A stretch of 24,470 nt of DNA from Nitrospira japonica. GTDB lineage: Bacteria > Nitrospirota > Thermodesulfovibrionia > Thermodesulfovibrionales > SM23-35. The position numbers and the translations under genes are program-made. Numbering within the stretch: the first letter of the stretch is position 1; each line of letters opens with the position of its first letter. Location: positions 1 through 24,470 of the forward strand of contig DYFC01000035.1 of assembly GCA_020725385.1 (NCBI GenBank), read 5' to 3'. The notes below the pieces were generated by a model. It did no database searches. It was not told where the DNA came from and saw only the letters and a program-made list of their open reading frames with translations. Positions 19,639 to 24,470 of the stretch are shown piece by piece.

Positions 19639-21303
19639 ATGTTTTTTTCGAAAATGTTGATTCCAACTTTAAGAGAAGTACCTTCTGATGCTGAGGCAGT
19701 AAGTCATATTCTGATGCTTAGAGCCGGTTACATCAGGCAACTTGCTGCAGGAATTTACATTTATCTGCCTTTAAGCCTTAGAGTTTTCGACAGAATATAT
19801 AAAATTTTAAGAGAAGAAATGAATGCCATAGGAGCCCAGGAAATATCTTTGCCAATTTTGCATCCTGCTGAAGTCTGGCAGGAAACAGGCAGATGGTATG
19901 AGATAGGAGATGAAATGTTCAGGCTAAAAGACAGAACAGGTCGCGATATGTGTCTTGGCATGACACATGAAGAAATAATGACATGGCTTGCTGCAAGAGA
20001 AATACGTTCCTATAGAGACCTTCCACAGGTATGGTATCAGATAGAAACAAAACTGAGAGATGAAGCAAGACCAAAAAGCGGAGTTCTTAGAACGCGTGAA
20101 TTTATAATGAAAGATAGTTATAGTTTTGATAAAGATGAAGAGGGACTCGAAAAAATTTATCAATTACATGCCGAGGCATATAAAAAAATATTTACAAGGT
20201 GCGGCTTAAAATTCTATATGGTGCAATCTGATCCCGGAATGATGGGTGGAGCAACTTCACATGAATTTATGGCTCCAAGTTCAGCAGGTGAAGATGAAGT
20301 TATATTATGCAGTTCATGCGGATATTCAGCAAATATTGAACTTGCAAAATCAATTCCCCATAAGCCTGAAAATATGGACTGGGAATTTGAAGAAATACAT
20401 ACTCCTGAGAAAAGAACTGTTCAGGAAGTCTCAAATTTCTTAAAAATAAAACCTGAATATTTTATTAAAAGCATTCTTGTTATTAGTAATAATACACCTA
20501 TTCTTACACTTGTAAGGGGTGACCAGGAACTTCATGAGAAAAAGCTCAATAGAATTATTGGCAAATTCAGGCCTGCTCATAAGCAGGAAGTTAAAGAAAT
20601 TCTTGGTGTTGAAGCAGGTTTTATTGGGCCGCATAATCAGAAAATCAGAATTATTGCTGACTCATGTCTGAAAGAAGGAGTATTTGTTAGCGGTGCCAAT
20701 AAACAACATTACCATGTAAAAGGAATTAGACCTGACAAAGATTTTAAAGCAGAATGGCATGATATACATATTCCTAAAGAAGGAGAATTATGTGTTGAAT
20801 GTAATTCACCTATTAAAATTGAGAGAGTGATTGAGATAGGGAATATTTTTAAGCTTGGCACTAAATATTCCATGCCTCTTAAAGCTTTTTATCTTGATGA
20901 GAAGGGACAGGAAAAACCTCTGGTTATGGGAAGCTATGGTATAGGACCTGCAAGAATAGCTGCTGCTGCAATCGAGCAGAATTATGATAAGGACGGTATA
21001 ATCTGGCCTAAAAGTATAGCTCCTTTTGACGTTGAAATTCTGCCTATTAATGTAAATGATATAAAAACAATGGAAGTTGCAGAGAAAATATATAAAGGTT
21101 TAAAAGAGAAAAATATCGATGTGCTTATGGATGACAGAAATGAACGTGCTGGTGTTAAATTCAAGGATGCTGATTTAATAGGAATACCGGTTCATATAAT
21201 TATTGGCGAAAAGAACCTTAAAGAAGGTTTTGTAGAAATAAAAGACAGAAAAACAAGAGAAGTTACAAAAGTCAAGGTAGAGGAAGTTTTATCCCTTTTT
21301 TGA
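19639..21303 (+). CDS. proS: Proline--tRNA ligase, bacterial type with INS editing domain
   Basis: PTLRE, SHILMLRAGYIRQ, THEE, RDEARP, REFIMKDSYSF, IEIGNIFKLG, MGSYGIG, DADLIGIP. Start set at ATG 19639 after GGAGG (19629-19633) rather than TTG 19618. Confidence 0.97.
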   Translation: MFFSKMLIPTLREVPSDAEAVSHILMLRAGYIRQLAAGIYIYLPLSLRVFDRIYKILREEMNAIGAQEISLPILHPAEVWQETGRWYEIGDEMFRLKDRTGRDMCLGMTHEEIMTWLAAREIRSYRDLPQVWYQIETKLRDEARPKSGVLRTREFIMKDSYSFDKDEEGLEKIYQLHAEAYKKIFTRCGLKFYMVQSDPGMMGGATSHEFMAPSSAGEDEVILCSSCGYSANIELAKSIPHKPENMDWEFEEIHTPEKRTVQEVSNFLKIKPEYFIKSILVISNNTPILTLVRGDQELHEKKLNRIIGKFRPAHKQEVKEILGVEAGFIGPHNQKIRIIADSCLKEGVFVSGANKQHYHVKGIRPDKDFKAEWHDIHIPKEGELCVECNSPIKIERVIEIGNIFKLGTKYSMPLKAFYLDEKGQEKPLVMGSYGIGPARIAAAAIEQNYDKDGIIWPKSIAPFDVEILPINVNDIKTMEVAEKIYKGLKEKNIDVLMDDRNERAGVKFKDADLIGIPVHIIIGEKNLKEGFVEIKDRKTREVTKVKVEEVLSLF

Positions 21304-21357
21304 AAAAATAACATTGAAAATGTTAAAGTATTTTACTTACCAGAAGGAGGGATAAAC

Positions 21358-21834
21358 TTGCTTAAAAGAATACCTATAACACCCGATGGTTTCAACAAAC
21401 TCAAAGAAGAACTTGAACATCTTCTCAAAGTTGAAAGACCAAAAAATATAAAAGATATTTCAGAGGCAAGAGCTCATGGAGATCTATCAGAGAATGCTGA
21501 ATATCATGCTGCCAAGGAAAGGCAATCTTTTATAGAAGGCCGCATTCAGGAATTGAAGACTAAATTAGCTCTGGCTGATGTTATTGATCCTGCGAAAATC
21601 TCACAGAACAAAATAGCTTTTGGAGCTAAGGTCAAAGTTCTTGATCTGGATACTGACGAGAAAAAAATATTTAAACTTGTAGGTCCTGAAGAAGCAGATG
21701 TTAAATGTGGAAAAATTTCAATAAGCTCCCCTGTCGGCAGAGCATTGTTGAATAAAGAAATTGGCGATGTAGTCAATGTCAAAGCTCCTGCCAGGACAAT
21801 GGAGTATGAGATACTCGAGATAACCTTTGAGTAA
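21358..21834 (+). CDS. greA: Transcription elongation factor GreA
   Basis: ARAHGDLSENAEYHAAKE, ISISSPVGRALL; TTG start 7 nt after AAGGAGG (21344-21350). Confidence 0.96.
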   Translation: MLKRIPITPDGFNKLKEELEHLLKVERPKNIKDISEARAHGDLSENAEYHAAKERQSFIEGRIQELKTKLALADVIDPAKISQNKIAFGAKVKVLDLDTDEKKIFKLVGPEEADVKCGKISISSPVGRALLNKEIGDVVNVKAPARTMEYEILEITFE

Positions 21835-22594
21835 AAATTTTCAGGCAAGGGTTATAACAAATTCTGCATTAAATTCCAAGATATATCTTCTTGAGATAGC
21901 GCCATTGGAAGAAACAACTGTTCCTTCCCCGGGACAATTCTACATGATACAACCTGATTCTTCTTTTGACCCTTTGCTTAAAAGACCTTTCAGCTATTTA
22001 AGAAAAAAAGCTAATAGGATACAATTTCTTTATGCTATAAGAGGTAAAGGCACAGGTTTAATGAAAAACTTTCCTCAAGGGAAGATTATAAATATGACAG
22101 GACCTTTCGGTAATGGCTATCCTGTACATAATGATAATCGAATTCCTTTGCTAATTGCCGGTGGAACCGGGATTGCCTCTATCCTTTCTTTATATTGTGA
22201 ATTAAATAAAAAATATCTTATTTATGGAGCAAAAACCAGAGACGAACTTGTATTGATAGATGAGATTGAAAAATCAGGCGGTGAATTTTTTATATGTACA
22301 AATGATTGTTCATACGGTAAAAAGGGGATGGTAGATGAATTACTTCGGGATTTCATTAGCTCACATCAGGACATAATTAGTTCAGTTGTAATTTATGCCT
22401 GTGGACCAAAGCCAATGTTGAAATCTATATCAAAAATAGCTTCCGAGAATAATATCAAAGGATTTGCTTCATTGGAAGAGAATATGGCATGCGGTTTCGG
22501 TGCATGTCTTGGGTGTGCTGTAAAGACAAAAAAAGGTTATCAAAGAGTTTGTAAAGAAGGAACTGTTTTCCCATTTGCAGAAATAGTATGGTAG
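21827..22594 (+). CDS. pyrK: Dihydroorotate dehydrogenase electron-transfer subunit (FAD/2Fe-2S)
   Basis: PGQFYMI, RPFS, GPFGNG, AGGTGIA, YACGPKPM, MACGFGACLGC...RVCKEG; adjacent to pyrD; TTG start overlaps the greA stop by 8 bp. Confidence 0.93.
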   Translation: MSKNFQARVITNSALNSKIYLLEIAPLEETTVPSPGQFYMIQPDSSFDPLLKRPFSYLRKKANRIQFLYAIRGKGTGLMKNFPQGKIINMTGPFGNGYPVHNDNRIPLLIAGGTGIASILSLYCELNKKYLIYGAKTRDELVLIDEIEKSGGEFFICTNDCSYGKKGMVDELLRDFISSHQDIISSVVIYACGPKPMLKSISKIASENNIKGFASLEENMACGFGACLGCAVKTKKGYQRVCKEGTVFPFAEIVW

Positions 22595-22603
22595 TTTTTT
22601 TCT

Positions 22604-23548
22604 ATGGATAATTTGAATTTATCGGTAAATATAGGAAAATTGAAACTTAAAAATCCTGTGATGACAGCATCAGGTACTTTTGGTTATGCACGGGAATACT
22701 CTGAATTTATAGACTTAAATAGACTCGGCGCGATAGTAGTTAAAGGTATATCCTTAAAACCAATGGAAGGTAATCCACCTCCGAGAATCTGCGAGACTCC
22801 ATGCGGGATGCTAAATGCAATCGGTCTTCAGAATGTTGGGCTTAAAAACTTTCTAAAAGAAAAACTACCTTTTCTTAAAACCTTAAATACAAAATTTATC
22901 GTAAATATACTTGGCAATTCGATTTCCGATTATGTAAAGCTCTCAAAATCTCTTGAAGATTCAGGTATAGAAGCAATAGAACTCAATGTATCATGTCCAA
23001 ATGTGAAAAAAGGAGGCATCTCATTTGGCACAAACGATAAAATGCTTGCAAAACTAATTTCTAAGGTAAGACAGTCTGCGCAACGTATTACATTAATTAC
23101 AAAACTTTCCCCAAATGTATCAAATATCCCTTTATTTGCAAAAATAGCAGAAGATTCAGGAAGTGATGCAATATCTTTGATAAATACAATCCCTGCCCTT
23201 GCCGTTGATATTGAAACATGGAAACCCAGGCTTGCCAATATAACCGGAGGGCTATCAGGACCTGCGATAAAACCAATTGCTTTAAGAATGGTGTGGGAAG
23301 CTGCCAAAACAGTAAAGATACCTGTTATTGGAATCGGTGGTATAATGAATGCAAACGATGCGATTGAATTCTTATTAGCCGGAGCTACTGCAATTCAAGT
23401 GGGCACCGGTAATTTTGTAAACCCCTGTGCAACTATCGATATTATAGATGGTATTGAATCTTATTTGAAAAGAAAGTCAATAGATGATATTAAAAATATC
23501 ATAGGAGGTATTAATGGCAACTGCACCGGTGATAACTCTGACAACTGA
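22604..23548 (+). CDS. pyrD: Dihydroorotate dehydrogenase family 1B, catalytic subunit
   Basis: NPVMTASGTFG, GMLNAIGLQN, ELNVSCPN, KLSPNV, INT, GGLSGPAIKP, IGIGGI. Confidence 0.96.
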   Translation: MDNLNLSVNIGKLKLKNPVMTASGTFGYAREYSEFIDLNRLGAIVVKGISLKPMEGNPPPRICETPCGMLNAIGLQNVGLKNFLKEKLPFLKTLNTKFIVNILGNSISDYVKLSKSLEDSGIEAIELNVSCPNVKKGGISFGTNDKMLAKLISKVRQSAQRITLITKLSPNVSNIPLFAKIAEDSGSDAISLINTIPALAVDIETWKPRLANITGGLSGPAIKPIALRMVWEAAKTVKIPVIGIGGIMNANDAIEFLLAGATAIQVGTGNFVNPCATIDIIDGIESYLKRKSIDDIKNIIGGINGNCTGDNSDN

Positions 23549-24317
23549 CTTTGGATATAAAGACCCGTTTGTCGGCATTATGAAAGGTGTAATATTTGGC
23601 ATTAATCCTTCGATACATATAGTTGATATAACACATGACATAGCTCCAGGAAATATTATGCAGGCTGCTTTTGCTATAGAAACAAGCTTTATGTATTTTC
23701 CTTATAAAACTATTCATGTTGTTGTAGTTGACCCGGGTGTTGGTTCATCTCGAAGACCTATCATGGTATCAACTGCCCGGCATTATCTTGTGGGACCTGA
23801 TAATGGAATATTTTCACGTATATATTCAATCGCAGAGAGTATCGATGTAATTCATGTTACTTCCGAGCATTATTTTCTCTCCCCGCGAAGCGCAACATTT
23901 CATGGAAGGGATGTTTTTGCACCTGTAGCAGCATGGCTTTCGAAGGGTGTTGATTTAATGAATTTTGGAGAGCCTATAAAAGACTATGTTAATTTACCAA
24001 TACCCTTACCGTCATTTCCGGCAAAAAATATTATAGAAGGTGAAATCATATACGTTGACAGATTCGGGAATCTTACTACAAATATACATGCTCAGAAATT
24101 ATCTGAGATTTCTGCAAATAATACCGGCAAAAAAATGAGCGTTTTAGTAAAAGGTATGGAAGCTCCTTTTAAAAATTTTTATTCAGATGTAAATGATAAG
24201 GGGTTATATTCACTTATAAACAGTTTCAATTATATCGAACTATTCGTTAGAAACGGAGATGCCTCGGTTGAGTTTGGAATAAAAGTTGGAGATAAAGTTG
24301 GAGTAATTTTTAAATGA
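23514..24317 (+). CDS. DUF62 SAM hydroxide adenosyltransferase (SAM hydrolase; chlorinase/fluorinase superfamily)
   Basis: LTTDFG, VDITH, VVDPGVGSSRR, GPDNG, SATFHGRDVFAP, VDRFGNLTTNI; RBS AGGAGGT at 23502-23508 inside the pyrD 3' end. Confidence 0.93.
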   Translation: MATAPVITLTTDFGYKDPFVGIMKGVIFGINPSIHIVDITHDIAPGNIMQAAFAIETSFMYFPYKTIHVVVVDPGVGSSRRPIMVSTARHYLVGPDNGIFSRIYSIAESIDVIHVTSEHYFLSPRSATFHGRDVFAPVAAWLSKGVDLMNFGEPIKDYVNLPIPLPSFPAKNIIEGEIIYVDRFGNLTTNIHAQKLSEISANNTGKKMSVLVKGMEAPFKNFYSDVNDKGLYSLINSFNYIELFVRNGDASVEFGIKVGDKVGVIFK

Positions 24318-24414
24318 AAATTATTCCTCATGATAATGACTTACAATATATTCCTAATTTTTTTGTTATTAACACCGAATTTATATAATTTAATTCAGTT
24401 GCTACCGAATAATC

Positions 24415-24470
24415 CCTGTTGCCTCACATAAAAATCTAAACGAAAAGTTTCTCTGTTGCCTCATTAAAAT
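24415..24470 (-). mobile_element. 56-bp repeat, right copy, truncated by the window end; probable terminus of a multicopy IS/MITE-like element
   Basis: CCTGTTGCCTCACATAAAAATCTAAACGAAAAGTTTCTCTGTTGCCTCATTAAAAT is the exact reverse complement of 83-138. The mobile-element interpretation is inferred. Confidence 0.6.

Noticed and set aside
22550-22570. PyrK motif CKEGTVF instead of the usual C.(D/E)GPVF
   Set aside because: A single substitution with all four 2Fe-2S cysteines intact; no basis for claiming altered function.
1351-23717. Numerous short ORFs of 60-135 aa in the track (e.g. 17560-17967, 17974-18360, 22930-23307, 20246-20443)
   Set aside because: They lie antisense or out of frame within well-supported genes and have no recognisable motifs; they are shadow ORFs.
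24374-24410. ACCGAAT direct repeat and weak hairpin next to the right element end
   Set aside because: Only 7 bp, does not flank the element as a TSD would, and the stem is AT-only and imperfect; compatible with chance.
139-24414. Window as the interior of a single transposon, prophage or linear replicon with terminal inverted repeats
   Set aside because: There is no transposase, integrase or replication gene inside, the content includes core genes (proS, greA, pyrKD), and the left ORF tail points inward. This fits element bodies lying outside the window.

Overview
AT-rich bacterial chromosomal segment (roughly one-third GC by eye). The gene repertoire suggests a diderm anaerobe such as Nitrospirota or Desulfobacterota; this is inference only. 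Left to right: (1) an HDOD protein coupled to a soluble GAF-HisKA-HATPase-REC hybrid kinase, behind a possible sigma-28 promoter; (2) a minus-strand six-gene efflux operon (TetR, TolC-like OMF, RND adaptor, RND pump, EmrA, EmrB) with a palindromic operator candidate; (3) a thioester-bearing bacterial alpha-2-macroglobulin with no adjacent pbpC; (4) a TPR/glycosyltransferase-like protein; (5) a housekeeping run proS-greA-pyrK-pyrD-DUF62 SAM hydrolase. The most striking non-coding signal is a perfect 56-bp inverted repeat between the two window ends (83-138 and 24415-24470). It is built from about 30-bp imperfect direct repeats, and at the left end an open frame (1-117) runs into it. The best explanation is the same end of an unidentified multicopy mobile element present twice in opposite orientation. 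No CRISPR array, rRNA or tRNA was seen. I cannot demonstrate a new biological system from the sequence alone; the candidates are scored below.
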